Virus record (IMG/VR): IMGVR_UViG_3300027798_000035
Coordinates: 1-64,000 of that record
DNA length: 64,000 nt
Direction: 5' to 3' (one strand)
Source of the DNA: a virus
Of the stretch, positions 37,011 through 47,119 are shown one piece after another (positions within the stretch are counted from its first letter, which is position 1; each line of letters starts with the position of its first letter). The notes under the pieces were generated by a model, which saw only the letters and a program-made list of their open reading frames with translations, ran no database searches and was not told the DNA's origin. Made by a program: the position numbers and the translations under genes.

Positions 37011-38120
37011 TCAGGCGATTGAACCACCGAGGGTGTTCAAGATAACGCGGGATTCGTGAGTAATAACTCCGAAGCCCCAAATTGCGTACCAAGCCAAACC
37101 ATGCTCACGACCGAAGTCAATGACTCCACCGTCACGGAGTTCCACTGGCAATGCAATGGCGTGTCCGAAGGCGTTGTCACCGATCATGATGGCGTTGAAC
37201 GCGTTAGCGTTTTCTTGGAATCCAGCCGCTGAAGCGCTGTCAAGTGTGGCACCAAGTTCGTACAGAGGGGCGCCAGACGCAGTTGCGTCCAAGCCCTTCT
37301 TGACTTGCGTGGTTTCAATGAACACGACATCGTACAAACGACCGATTTCACCGAGCATGAAGTTGCCAGGTGCGGCGTACTTCGTGACTTCAATGAATTC
37401 GGGCCAGTCGCGGAGCGAGCGGCTTTGTGATGGGTGAACGAAGCAGACATAGGTGTCTCCCAAACGCGGGATGTTCTGACCAGCAAGAACTTCAACTGCG
37501 TCCTTGATGGATGCAGGCGAAAGGAAGCCAGGTGCAGAAGCAGTACCAAGGGTACCTGCGTCGTATGGGCTGATTGCGCCACGAGCCGAAGCGGCGGTGC
37601 GACCGAAGACGACCGACGGAGCGACAGGAGAGCCGCCACCGAATGGAACGCCAGCCTTGTACAAGGTGTTACGAGCCTGGATGTCCATGCTTTGTGCCAT
37701 GTGGCGACCGAGCAAGCGCGATGACGAAGCCATAACATCGTCAAATGCCGCGTTGAGCAAGAGTTCGGTAACGGCAACTGCTTGACCATGTTCGGTCACG
37801 GTGATCTGAATCTGGCTTGCTGACAAAGAAACAGGCTCCATACGCACACCTTCGGTGAGCGTGGCGCCTTGTGATTCATCAACGCTGAGGTTGTTGTATC
37901 GCATGAAGTTGATGGTCAAACCAGGCTGAACGCCTAATTCGGTCTTCTTTACTGCGAACTGCTCAAAGCGCAGAACTGGCATTGCTTGGAACAAGATTTC
38001 CTTGGACCAAATTTGTTGAATTGCGGGTGAAAGAGTTGCGTCACTGGAATAGCCGGTCGTGGTAATTGAACCAAGACCTGCTCCTGTAATCGCACCTCCT
38101 ACTGGGGCGGGAAGGGCCAT
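37011..38120 (-). CDS. major capsid protein (N4 gp56-like, HK97 fold)
   Basis: IWSKEILFQAMPVLRFEQFA...G.TINFMRY..L...LTEG...EHGQAVAVTE...GEIGRLYDVVFIET...DFGREHGLAWY. Confidence 0.94.
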   Translation of the reverse strand: MALPAPVGGAITGAGLGSITTTGYSSDATLSPAIQQIWSKEILFQAMPVLRFEQFAVKKTELGVQPGLTINFMRYNNLSVDESQGATLTEGVRMEPVSLSASQIQITVTEHGQAVAVTELLLNAAFDDVMASSSRLLGRHMAQSMDIQARNTLYKAGVPFGGGSPVAPSVVFGRTAASARGAISPYDAGTLGTASAPGFLSPASIKDAVEVLAGQNIPRLGDTYVCFVHPSQSRSLRDWPEFIEVTKYAAPGNFMLGEIGRLYDVVFIETTQVKKGLDATASGAPLYELGATLDSASAAGFQENANAFNAIMIGDNAFGHAIALPVELRDGGVIDFGREHGLAWYAIWGFGVITHESRVILNTLGGSIA

Positions 38121-38162
38121 TTTAATATCCTCCGTGGATAGTTAGTTGTTGGGTTATTTGGT

Positions 38163-38948
38163 TTAGAAACGGCCTCGGGAAGTCCGAGTCGCTTGCATGA
38201 GCCGTTCGCGCATTTTCGTGTACTGATCCATCGGCATATTACGGATATCATCCGCAGACATCGTTTGGTATTCCTGTTGGTTGTCCATTGGCCCAGTTGG
38301 GGGCGCAGTTACCTGCGATCCCCGCAGACGACCACTTTGGGAGGTTGCCTGCTGGATTGATTCAATTATAGCACTACTACGATCACGAAGTACTGCAATA
38401 CTGTTTTCAATATCTTCTTCGCTATTACCCGCAATAAGGTCAATTAATTCTGGGATAATAGTTTCTTGCTCTTCCGTCACACGGCGTTGACGATAAGACT
38501 CAATTTGCTGGATGCGTCGTTCTTTTTCAAGAAGGGCTTCCTGCACTTGGCGCTGTTGTTCCATGTCTTCAAACTTGGAACGCCATTCCTGCTCAACCTG
38601 GTTAATACGGCTATTGAACTCATCTTCGCGCTTAGCGAGGAGTTCCTTTGCGCTGAGTTCCTGAATCTCACGCTGGCGGAGGATTTCAGACTCAGACTTA
38701 GAGCGCTCCTCGGCTTCTTTGCGAGCGACTTCGCGCTCCTGAGCGATGACACCCAATTGCTCTTCAAGGGTCTTGACACGACCGTCAGCGTCTTCAACGC
38801 GGCGATACAACTTGTCTTTCTCCTGACGGCGAATTGCTTCAACCTCAGTCTCAGTGAACACGCGACCCTCAGTCTTAGGGGCCTGCTGTTCTTGGGATGT
38901 GCTTTCAACGGGGATCATAATCCCGTCACCATTAAAGGTGTTACTCAT
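38163..38948 (-). CDS. capsid scaffolding protein
   Basis: FTETEVEAIRRQEKDKLY, long coiled coil, IRNMPMDQY..MRERL C-terminus; between portal and MCP. Confidence 0.85.
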   Translation of the reverse strand: MSNTFNGDGIMIPVESTSQEQQAPKTEGRVFTETEVEAIRRQEKDKLYRRVEDADGRVKTLEEQLGVIAQEREVARKEAEERSKSESEILRQREIQELSAKELLAKREDEFNSRINQVEQEWRSKFEDMEQQRQVQEALLEKERRIQQIESYRQRRVTEEQETIIPELIDLIAGNSEEDIENSIAVLRDRSSAIIESIQQATSQSGRLRGSQVTAPPTGPMDNQQEYQTMSADDIRNMPMDQYTKMRERLMQATRTSRGRF

Positions 38949-39000
38949 TTTCCTACCTCTTTGTTGTTGGGCTTTTATTAGCAGTTGTTAAATAACGGTT

Positions 39001-40674
39001 TTATTCTTCGTTGGGCACACGACGCTGGGCAAGCCTTGCTCCGTATGCTCGTTGAATTATGTTGTTAACCATCTGTCCTTCGGCGTCACCGATACCTCCC
39101 ATAGGAGGACCTGCTTGTCCTTCGGCTGTGTTTTCATCACCAGATACTACACTATTCTCTCCGTCTTGTCCGGGGAAAATACCAGTAGTAATCATTACTG
39201 CTTGTTGTATTTGAGCGCGCACCATATCTAGTGCACCTTGGTCCAATGCGTCGTCACGCAATTCCTCAAAGATTTCAAGCAATTTCTCACGGGGGAACTC
39301 TTCACCAAGAGCGCGTAATGCGCCTTCTTTGGACTCTAAACCAAGAGCCATCTTGGCTTGAACTTCGTTAAGTTTGATAAGAACATCAACAGGCAATGGC
39401 TCAGGCCAGTGGACCTGAGTCTGGTAGGTAACAGGGTCAGCGGGGTCAAGCACATACGCCTGATCAGGCTCGGGCATTGCCCCAAGACCTGGGTTGTACT
39501 GAAGCATTTGTGGTTCAAAGACAGCCGCAGTACGGATGATTACTTCGTTGATCTTTTCTAGACCCTTAGTGAAGTGAATCTTCTTTTGGTTGTACTTATT
39601 CATCATTGGCTGGTATTGGATAGCCAATGCCACGCCTGATGTATTAGAAACTGGTTGGAACTGACCTAAGGCTGTCTCGGGTACGCCAGTAATTTCATGC
39701 ATGGCGCGCTTAATGAATGTGATGTACTCCAAGGCACCAGCCATGTTTCCACTGGATTCAAGGTTGAATACATTGGCTTCCTTAGGAAGACCAGCCCAGA
39801 CCTTCTTAGGTCCACGCTCCAACTGGCTTGCCTTGGCGCCAGTGATGATAGTGACTGGTGCGGCGTGGTAGTTAATAATGTCCGATACTTCGGTCATCTT
39901 TTCGTTTAGTTCGCGGTTCAGAGAGATGATGTCCCAAATATCTGACTGACCCCATGGTGATGATGAGATAGTCATGTTAGGAATGTGGACAATCGGGATA
40001 ACACCAATGGCATTGTCGTACTGGTCAATCAGTTCATCATTGATGTACTGCTCCACAGAATCCTCAGTCAGGATTTCGGTGAAGGTGTACACCTGACGGG
40101 TGCCCTCAGGACTGGTGCCCCAAAAGCGGTACTTCAACTTGAACCGCAGGATGCGATCACGGTCGTGTGGGTGATACTCGGGGAAACAATGCGCTGGGTT
40201 CAGCGGGATAATACGGATACGACCAGCATGGGTAATACCAGCAGAGTCAATAAAGGGTTCTTCGTAGGCGACTTTGACGAAGCAGTCACCAGTTACACCA
40301 GCCAACTGACCCATTTCCCATAAGACATAGTGCTTAGAGTTATGTTGTTCCCATACTGTTTGGAGCAGATGCGGGATGATGGCTGCGTTTTGTTCTGGCG
40401 TTTTGAACTGGATACCCTTACCAAAGCAGAAGTTAGTGATGTAGTCCGACATGGTGCGGACATAGTTCATTGTGATGTTCTGTTCGCCCATCTCACGGCG
40501 GTAGGACCAGTGGTGACCGAGGTACCATGCCCAGCACGATGAATAGCGGTTTAGGCGCGGTCCATGTACTTCAAATTCCTCATCGGCTAATTCCACCAAG
40601 CCCAAAGGCGAGATAGAAACCGTGAGGTCGCTAGATGATGCTCTGTAGGATGGTGACCAAAAGTCAACGGGCAT
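39001..40674 (-). CDS. portal protein (SPP1 gp6-like)
   Basis: GDCFVKVA; IPIVHIPN; GQSDI; SNTSGVAL...YQP; 557 aa. Confidence 0.93.
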   Translation of the reverse strand: MPVDFWSPSYRASSSDLTVSISPLGLVELADEEFEVHGPRLNRYSSCWAWYLGHHWSYRREMGEQNITMNYVRTMSDYITNFCFGKGIQFKTPEQNAAIIPHLLQTVWEQHNSKHYVLWEMGQLAGVTGDCFVKVAYEEPFIDSAGITHAGRIRIIPLNPAHCFPEYHPHDRDRILRFKLKYRFWGTSPEGTRQVYTFTEILTEDSVEQYINDELIDQYDNAIGVIPIVHIPNMTISSSPWGQSDIWDIISLNRELNEKMTEVSDIINYHAAPVTIITGAKASQLERGPKKVWAGLPKEANVFNLESSGNMAGALEYITFIKRAMHEITGVPETALGQFQPVSNTSGVALAIQYQPMMNKYNQKKIHFTKGLEKINEVIIRTAAVFEPQMLQYNPGLGAMPEPDQAYVLDPADPVTYQTQVHWPEPLPVDVLIKLNEVQAKMALGLESKEGALRALGEEFPREKLLEIFEELRDDALDQGALDMVRAQIQQAVMITTGIFPGQDGENSVVSGDENTAEGQAGPPMGGIGDAEGQMVNNIIQRAYGARLAQRRVPNEE

Positions 40675-40679
40675 TGGGG

Positions 40680-41327
40680 TTAATCCTTAGGTAATCCGAG
40701 TTGTTCGGCTAAAATTGATGCTTCTACGCCGACCATTTCTTGACGAGGTGGAAGAATGCTTACACGGCGTCGTCCCGATGTGGGGTTAATGCCCTTGTCT
40801 GTCATAAGAGGTGAAGTTCCCTCATGCCAAAATTGATCTGGATGTAGATGCGTAGGAATTCGGATATCACCCAAATAGGACTTGTTGGCTGTGGGTCCAA
40901 CATTACCTATGGAATCTTGACGACCCAATGCCCCAATTTGCATAGCGGCTTCAAGACCACCAGCAGTTTTTGGTAGTGCTACAGAGGCATCTTGCTGGAC
41001 AATGCCAGTTGACGGGTCATGCCAGCCACCTTGAATCATATTTGCGCCTGGGGAACCCAGTACATCTGCGTTTCGTCGGTTAAAGTCAAGAAGTTGGGTA
41101 GTTGCAGGTTCAGAGGGGTCTACTGGAACTTCAGCCCCGCGACCTGATTCGGGTGCATAACCAACAGAAAGAACATTACGAGCAGGACCACCTGCACCAT
41201 GACCAGATGTGCGTATAGAAAACCCATCATCAGGATTTTGTGGCCCATGCTTTGCAATTTCAGCGGGTGACAGTTCACCACGACGAGTATCAGCGCGTGA
41301 ACCTCGGTTTTTACGGCGTAGACCCAT
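40680..41327 (-). CDS. hypothetical protein
   Basis: 215-aa ORF; GFS...GGWHDP.TG....D.SV......AA..IG...RQ.SI pattern seen in phage hypotheticals. Confidence 0.7.
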   Translation of the reverse strand: MGLRRKNRGSRADTRRGELSPAEIAKHGPQNPDDGFSIRTSGHGAGGPARNVLSVGYAPESGRGAEVPVDPSEPATTQLLDFNRRNADVLGSPGANMIQGGWHDPSTGIVQQDASVALPKTAGGLEAAMQIGALGRQDSIGNVGPTANKSYLGDIRIPTHLHPDQFWHEGTSPLMTDKGINPTSGRRRVSILPPRQEMVGVEASILAEQLGLPKD

Positions 41328-41626
41328 TAACTGTCCCCTGACTTCTTTATCTTTACGGGAGTAATAGACCTAATCATACCACGAGGAATATGCATAGGAT
41401 TTGAACAAATCAGTATACCATCATCGTCGTAATAGAAGGACGAGTACAAGGTCAAGTACTTCTCGGCGTACTCGTCTATAACCCAACCAATAGTAATGGG
41501 GTCAATAATGTGTGGTTCGTACTTGGCTGGGTCAATCCAACCACCAGGTCCGTCAAAGGCGTCATCCCAAACGACAACAACTGCCTTAAGGTTTTCCTTG
41601 TCAGACATACGACCCCCACTAATCAT
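41327..41626 (-). CDS. conserved small phage protein
   Basis: VVVWDDA...W...TIGW...IPRGMIRSI motif. Confidence 0.75.
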   Translation of the reverse strand: MISGGRMSDKENLKAVVVVWDDAFDGPGGWIDPAKYEPHIIDPITIGWVIDEYAEKYLTLYSSFYYDDDGILICSNPMHIPRGMIRSITPVKIKKSGDS

Positions 41627-42768
41627 TCCGGAGAGTAAACCTTACCACGGAAAAAAGCGGCCTTATTATGGATAGGTATCTGTTCATACCAAAAGGCGCC
41701 TTCGCCGTCCTCATAAGACACTACGGCTAGACCCTGTTGCCAATCCTCCACAATGGTCATTGGGCGACCGTCTAGGTCTATACCGCCCTTGGTACTGGGT
41801 ACGGCACCGTCACAGCGGGCTAGTGTCCCTGGGGACGCCGCCATGATGGTCTTTGCCCCATCCCAGTCTTCTCGTGACCGTTCAGCCCATTCCCTACGGT
41901 GAATGTGCCCGTAGATGACGGATACCTTGCTGTCGTTGAGGTAGGCGTGGGCGGTTGAACCGTTAGACCTGACCTTGTTTCCGTGGATGACTTTGAGCCT
42001 TTGATTAATCCATACTTGTCCAGCAGGGTAGCCAGCCACATAATTAACCCCGTAGTCATTGAAACGGCATAAGTAAGGCACACTAAGGCAAGGCCAAGAG
42101 TCTGGAGTATTCCCCCGACGCAAGCCGAACGAAACCTTTGCATTGTCCAAGATGAAGTTGACGAGGCGTTCTTCATGGTTACCTGAAATCCAATCTATGA
42201 CGGCGTTTGGTGCTATGGCACGAAGTTCCGCACACAAGGTTGTGGCGCGGTCAATAGATGCCTGAGTAGTAATTGCATATGCTGGGCTGAGACGGTACTT
42301 ACCGAACTCAGGAAAGTCAAGGTTGTCACCGACCATGATGATTCGGTCAGGGTTCAATTTCTTGATAATCGCCATGGAGATAGAGAGAGCCTCTTCATCA
42401 TGGGTGGGTTCCAGGCTCCCGTCAGCGTTTCGGTAGTAACCGATCTGCATGTCGGGGAGGATAACCGCTACTTTGTAACCCTCTGTATTACTTTGTATTA
42501 CTTTGCGTACTGGGAGTTTGATTGATGGTCCTGGTTGTACCACGGGCCAATCAGGTCCTTCAGCCCACTTGGGGTTGAATTGGATACCCATGAGGTCGTG
42601 AACCTCAGCCTGACCTTGGTCATTCTTAGTGAGTGACTGATAAAGGGATACGCGCTTGATTGATCCCACTTCTTCAACATCAATGTTATTGCGGTTTAAA
42701 AGTTCCGCAATCTTTCCCAATGTTGCTTTTGCTGGGGGTGTTACTAGATCATCACTAAGGCTTGCCAC
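41623..42768 (-). CDS. calcineurin-like metallophosphoesterase
   Basis: LPDMQ; VGDNLD; GNHEER; IHG; YGHIHR. Confidence 0.9.
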   Translation of the reverse strand: MASLSDDLVTPPAKATLGKIAELLNRNNIDVEEVGSIKRVSLYQSLTKNDQGQAEVHDLMGIQFNPKWAEGPDWPVVQPGPSIKLPVRKVIQSNTEGYKVAVILPDMQIGYYRNADGSLEPTHDEEALSISMAIIKKLNPDRIIMVGDNLDFPEFGKYRLSPAYAITTQASIDRATTLCAELRAIAPNAVIDWISGNHEERLVNFILDNAKVSFGLRRGNTPDSWPCLSVPYLCRFNDYGVNYVAGYPAGQVWINQRLKVIHGNKVRSNGSTAHAYLNDSKVSVIYGHIHRREWAERSREDWDGAKTIMAASPGTLARCDGAVPSTKGGIDLDGRPMTIVEDWQQGLAVVSYEDGEGAFWYEQIPIHNKAAFFRGKVYSPE

Positions 42769-43022
42769 AACTGCACTTCCCCTTTATATGTCGTTCTATG
42801 GTGCTTCGGCTAATTTGATGTCCGTGCTTAATTAGCACATTCGCTAACCACATAGAAGAATACACCTTAGACCTACCCTTACCGGGGTCAGTCATAATTC
42901 GTTCTAATGCGGTGTTTAATGCGACTAGTTCATCTCCGTGAAGTTCGTCCCTAAGGGTGGCAATACCACACCCCCAATTAGTGGGACCACGCGAGAGCAA
43001 TTCGTTACTTAACTCGCTCAAC
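42755..43022 (-). CDS. small HTH/Zn protein (probable TTG start at LSELSN)
   Basis: C....L...WLANVL..HG..ISRSTIERH..G.CSC. Confidence 0.65.
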
Positions 43023-43163
43023 CTTCTGCTCCTTATTGTGTGGCATTTTCTGGATTCCTCCAAGAACTGATAGCAACCGTAGCACCTCTTGCTCCTCTGT
43101 GTGACCACGAGGCGCAAGTCTCGTAAGATATTGTGTAATTAATGCGGCATCTGACGGGCGCAT
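43005..43163 (-). CDS. small hypothetical protein (52 aa)
   Basis: Manually translated MRPSDAALITQYLTRLAPRGHTEEQEVLRLLSVLGG...; GAAGGAG RBS. Confidence 0.6.
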   Translation of the reverse strand: MRPSDAALITQYLTRLAPRGHTEEQEVLRLLSVLGGIQKMPHNKEQKVERVK

Positions 43164-43169
43164 ACTCTC

Positions 43170-43197
43170 TCCTTCTACTGGGAAGGAAAGGTTATCA
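43170..43197 (-). promoter_or_regulatory. putative extended -10 (TGATAACCTT) followed by an RBS-occluding hairpin
   Basis: Minus strand TGATAACCTT-TCCTTC-CCAGTA-GAAGGA-GAGAGT-ATG. Confidence 0.5.
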
Positions 43198-43229
43198 GAG
43201 CCTAGAAAATGCTGTTATTGCTATAACAA

Positions 43230-44585
43230 TTAGAACAGTGTAAGTTGTCCTTTTTCTTCAGGAGTAGGTGGTTTTTCTGTTGCCGTAGTCTCTACTGCCT
43301 TTGCTTTTTTGGCAAGTGCTTTTTGAGACTTGTTGTACTCATCGTCTTCACCAAGGTCATATCGGCGGTAATCCGTCCATGCAATTGCTTGAGCGGCTCG
43401 TGGAGTAATTGTCTCACCATGAATACCAAATTGAGAAGCGGCTCGTCGTGTGGCTTCTTCATTAAATGAATGTCTAATCTCATCAGGTTGAACTGATTTC
43501 TCAAACACACCTCTACCTTTTGCTACTACTAAGTCCTCTTGTGCGGCTCGGTGACTCTTACCAGTAGTTCCACGAGAAGCGGCTACCTGAGCCGTCATGG
43601 CGTTCATTACATAATCTTCAACAGTTTCGTCAGCGCCTACTGCTGTTTTTGGATCAAATCCAGTTTCGTCAGACGCAGACCACAAATGACCCTGACGGAA
43701 TGTACTTTGACCACCTTTTCCATCTGCTTCTACAAAGGTAGGTGTTTGAGCCATTCGTCGGAATACTTCACTGTTGTATCTGTCTTCGCCTTCACTAGCG
43801 AGATGTGCACCACGAGCGTAGTTACGAGTTTTTGGAGTTGGTCCGCTAACTTCATCAAAAGTTTTACCACGGGCAATAGCAACGGTTCTAGTGGCATTAT
43901 CACGACCCACTGAATCTAGGGTTACTCCAGTAACTTCTCGTGGGGTAAACCTTTCAGAGGCAAGAGCATGACCCTGTTTATTTACCTTGCCCATGTCTTT
44001 AAGTGCTTGAGTTTCGGCATAGCCAATATGGGCGACATCAGTGTTTGAAAAATCACCAATGCGGTGTTCCCCTGCGGTAATGTCTGAATTACCCATATGA
44101 GGAGCCATCTCAGGAGTAATTGTTACCTTACGATCAGGGTCAGCGGCGATATGACCCGCTGATTCAGCGGCTAGTCGTTCTTTAGCGGGCGTATTACGGG
44201 CACTTGCGACAGCACCAGCATCAATGATGCTTCCGATTCGGGTACCAGTTCTGTCAGCAACTTCACGGTATTTCTTTTGGTGCTCGCCATACCAAAGTGC
44301 TCCCTCAGGTACATATGAGCCTGGAGCCATACGACCAATAGCCGCTTGAATAGAGTTTACGCGTGTCGCCGTTGCGTCAGCCATTCGGATTGGTGCGCCG
44401 TACACCCGCATACCCGCTTCTGCTACTGCACGATCAATAGTTGGCCTGTCTTTAGCAGGAAAATCCCGATATGAGGGGGCTTTTGTAGGTAATGGGTAGC
44501 CAGGATCAACAGGGCTATCTCCCTCAGAGGCAACTCTTTTTGGGGTTGCTAAACGCTTCTTTGGTGCTGGTTCTTTCTTAGCCAT
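43230..44585 (-). CDS. hypothetical protein (DUF7178-like), C-terminal QLTLF
   Basis: LWY...A..S....PKTRNY...TVED...EATRRAA......P..AQAIAW; family recalled from memory. Confidence 0.6.
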   Translation of the reverse strand: MAKKEPAPKKRLATPKRVASEGDSPVDPGYPLPTKAPSYRDFPAKDRPTIDRAVAEAGMRVYGAPIRMADATATRVNSIQAAIGRMAPGSYVPEGALWYGEHQKKYREVADRTGTRIGSIIDAGAVASARNTPAKERLAAESAGHIAADPDRKVTITPEMAPHMGNSDITAGEHRIGDFSNTDVAHIGYAETQALKDMGKVNKQGHALASERFTPREVTGVTLDSVGRDNATRTVAIARGKTFDEVSGPTPKTRNYARGAHLASEGEDRYNSEVFRRMAQTPTFVEADGKGGQSTFRQGHLWSASDETGFDPKTAVGADETVEDYVMNAMTAQVAASRGTTGKSHRAAQEDLVVAKGRGVFEKSVQPDEIRHSFNEEATRRAASQFGIHGETITPRAAQAIAWTDYRRYDLGEDDEYNKSQKALAKKAKAVETTATEKPPTPEEKGQLTLF

Positions 44586-45058
44586 TACAGAACCTTAAAC
44601 TTTCCTGGGGTATATGAGTTATGCCCAAATTGACCAGGGGCATAAGAAGACTTACCAGCCTTATAACGGTTATAAGAAGACACGCCCTTACGGCGCAACT
44701 TATTAGAATCAAACTTCTGACCAGGATTAGTGATCGTAGACTTACCGTACTTACGGCCTTCTAGGTCTAACTTCTCAGACTTGAAGTTTTGCATTGGATC
44801 AAGAACGAATTCACCAATACCTGATGCGTAGCGGGGCATGTTTAATGACCGCTTACCGCCAAGTGGGCTAGGTATAAATGGGCTAGAAATCTTGGTAGCA
44901 ACACCAAAATCCTCAGCGCGCGCCGTAACAAGTTCATTACCTTTTTGGACGCGACGAAACATCCCCGCAACTGCCGCATAAGTGGACAGTTCGGGGGATG
45001 ACCCAATCGTACTACTCGGTACTGAGCCAGTTACCGAGAAACCCTCGGCGTTGCTCAC
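44585..45058 (-). CDS. hypothetical protein
   Basis: 157-aa basic ORF with TAATG overlap. Confidence 0.7.
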   Translation of the reverse strand: MSNAEGFSVTGSVPSSTIGSSPELSTYAAVAGMFRRVQKGNELVTARAEDFGVATKISSPFIPSPLGGKRSLNMPRYASGIGEFVLDPMQNFKSEKLDLEGRKYGKSTITNPGQKFDSNKLRRKGVSSYNRYKAGKSSYAPGQFGHNSYTPGKFKVL

Positions 45059-45060
45059 AA

Positions 45061-45462
45061 TCAGTCGTAAACGACAGTTGGGTTCGGGCGGTTCATGTGA
45101 CCACCCGTGTTGTACGAGAATTCAAATTGCGGGATAGAGTCTCCAGCCATTGAACCCTGTACAAATTCACCGAGTACGCTTGGGGCTTCAATCCACGAAG
45201 ACGACCCGATGTGGGCGCGCTCGCGCATTGTTTCCTCAGCGTACTTGTAGAACATCTCAGGGTTGTTATGGTTCTGTCGCATGGGCGACGGAGCGGTGTC
45301 CTCGTAAGCACCAACGCCGAAGTCATAAGGGACATCGGTATCGGTGGCTACGCCTTCTTCAAAGCGGAGCGGGCCACGGTTACCCGGGATGCTTGGGGCG
45401 TACGAACGCTCAAACACTGGGGTGCCTTTTTCTGGAAACATGGGAACAGGTGCAACTGCCAT
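45061..45462 (-). CDS. conserved actinophage protein next to the terminase
   Basis: RGPLRFEEGVATDTDVP..F..G...KYAEETMRERAH.GS..WIEAP; GGAGG RBS. Confidence 0.8.
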   Translation of the reverse strand: MAVAPVPMFPEKGTPVFERSYAPSIPGNRGPLRFEEGVATDTDVPYDFGVGAYEDTAPSPMRQNHNNPEMFYKYAEETMRERAHIGSSSWIEAPSVLGEFVQGSMAGDSIPQFEFSYNTGGHMNRPNPTVVYD

Positions 45463-45511
45463 CTATGGATTCCTCCTAGTAGGGGTTTATCTTTACTTAT
45501 CGTACCATAGT

Positions 45512-47086
45512 TTACCTGTAAAAGGGAGAGTTAAATGACTCAACCATTGGCATCACTTCTAGTGCTGTCATACTGCAAGCAATTGCAAGAGAATCTGGGT
45601 AGTCATCAAAGGCACCCTTCTCATCAGGAGCGGCGGCTAGTAGATATGGACCACGGTAAATCTTTTCAAGGTCGCACATCTGCTGGTTGAACTTCTTCCA
45701 TGATCGGGTACGGCGCGCCTTGGAATGCCCAGGAATAATCAACTGCTCCCGTTGCATTAACTCGGTTAGGTGGACCCAACGCTCGTTCTGAGTTTTGGCG
45801 TCAGACGAGACAGCCAAGACCTCAATCTCAGGGAGTAGGAGTTGTAGTCGCTCGGTAACAGCGCCACCCACGCCTTGGGAGTCCACACCAATGCGGTAGA
45901 CATCAAAGTTACGAATGAAGTCAATGATTTCAAAGTATTGCTGTTCCCACTCAACATTGTTGATTTCCAACCAGTCAAGGACGCGGTGCTCAAAGAAACC
46001 AAACCCATCAGGGTGGTCCCAGTCAACCCACACGGCAGTAGCCACGGTGGAGTCATTAGTTCGCGCCACATCTATGCCCATGACAATGGGGCTACGCCAC
46101 CACTTCTTCACAATAGCCATAGACGGGTCGTAGAGGCGCTCTAGGCGTTCCTCGGTAACAAACATACCCTTTTCCAAAATCCACTTGTTGCAGTAGGACA
46201 TTTGGAACTCGTCTGAATCTTCACCAATACGGGTCTTTTCTTTAGCAATAAACTTGCCGTAGTTATCGTTGTATTTAGCGGCAACTCGCCAGTCGTATTC
46301 AAAGTGAGACTGCCTGTGGCCCCGTCTGGCGTTTGTGTCACGGCGCTTATTAAACTGGATCATCTTATAAAAGTAAGACTTATTCCTAGTAGCCGTGCCA
46401 GTAAGAACGATTGATCCGTTGTTGAACGCCAACATCGGCTTAATTGATTTAGAAATCATGAACTCGTCAGCCTCTTGGGCTTCGTCAATCATGACGAAGT
46501 GGTAGGTCTTAGATTCAATCTTTGCCTTAGGGTTACAGGTCTGCATACGGCAAAGCGATCCTGACTTCTTCAGGCTAATAATACGACCCTTACCGCGGGC
46601 GCCACCTGATGCTGCCTTGTCGTCAATCTCAGGATCAAGCAGGAAGTTCATGGCATGTTCGCTAGTCAACTTGCTGACGATACGACCAAACACGGTGTCA
46701 GCCTGATCCTCAACAGGGGCGAACACACCGCACCAAAAGCCCTTATCAAACTTACCCAGCCATGTGGGGTAGACCTTGGACAGGCGCGGGAGAATGACCA
46801 TCATGGATGCCATGACATTAGAAAGAACCTCAGACTTACCCGACTGGCGGGTAGCAACGAGGGTTATTTCTTCACCGTCGCCAAGGACAATTGATTCAAT
46901 GATCCGATAAGCAATTGGGACCTGATAAGGGAACAAGGTGACATTAGTGAACTCTTCGGTAAAGACGATTAACTTCATGACCAGTTGGTCAACGAATTCC
47001 GTAGATGTTTCGTCTAGTTCTTCCTCTTGATAGTCACCAATGTCTTCGTTGTATTCCGTATCCTCAACATCTGATTCTTCACTCAT
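45512..47086 (-). CDS. terL: terminase large subunit
   Basis: LFPYQ; Walker A TRQSGKS; Walker B MIDEAQ; LTGT; nuclease GIDVA...DDYPDS. Confidence 0.95.
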   Translation of the reverse strand: MSEESDVEDTEYNEDIGDYQEEELDETSTEFVDQLVMKLIVFTEEFTNVTLFPYQVPIAYRIIESIVLGDGEEITLVATRQSGKSEVLSNVMASMMVILPRLSKVYPTWLGKFDKGFWCGVFAPVEDQADTVFGRIVSKLTSEHAMNFLLDPEIDDKAASGGARGKGRIISLKKSGSLCRMQTCNPKAKIESKTYHFVMIDEAQEADEFMISKSIKPMLAFNNGSIVLTGTATRNKSYFYKMIQFNKRRDTNARRGHRQSHFEYDWRVAAKYNDNYGKFIAKEKTRIGEDSDEFQMSYCNKWILEKGMFVTEERLERLYDPSMAIVKKWWRSPIVMGIDVARTNDSTVATAVWVDWDHPDGFGFFEHRVLDWLEINNVEWEQQYFEIIDFIRNFDVYRIGVDSQGVGGAVTERLQLLLPEIEVLAVSSDAKTQNERWVHLTELMQREQLIIPGHSKARRTRSWKKFNQQMCDLEKIYRGPYLLAAAPDEKGAFDDYPDSLAIACSMTALEVMPMVESFNSPFYR

Positions 47087-47119
47087 AAGAGTAAGTATAA
47101 AACAAAAAGCAAGGCAGTA

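Noticed and set aside
37184-37789. 201-aa alternative-frame ORF inside the major capsid gene
   Set aside because: Explained by codon bias reducing stops in that frame; no RBS or recognisable motif.
8428-47086. Inteins or introns in polA, dnaB or terminase
   Set aside because: Protein lengths are ordinary, with no C...HN splice motifs, homing endonuclease motifs or interrupted frames seen.
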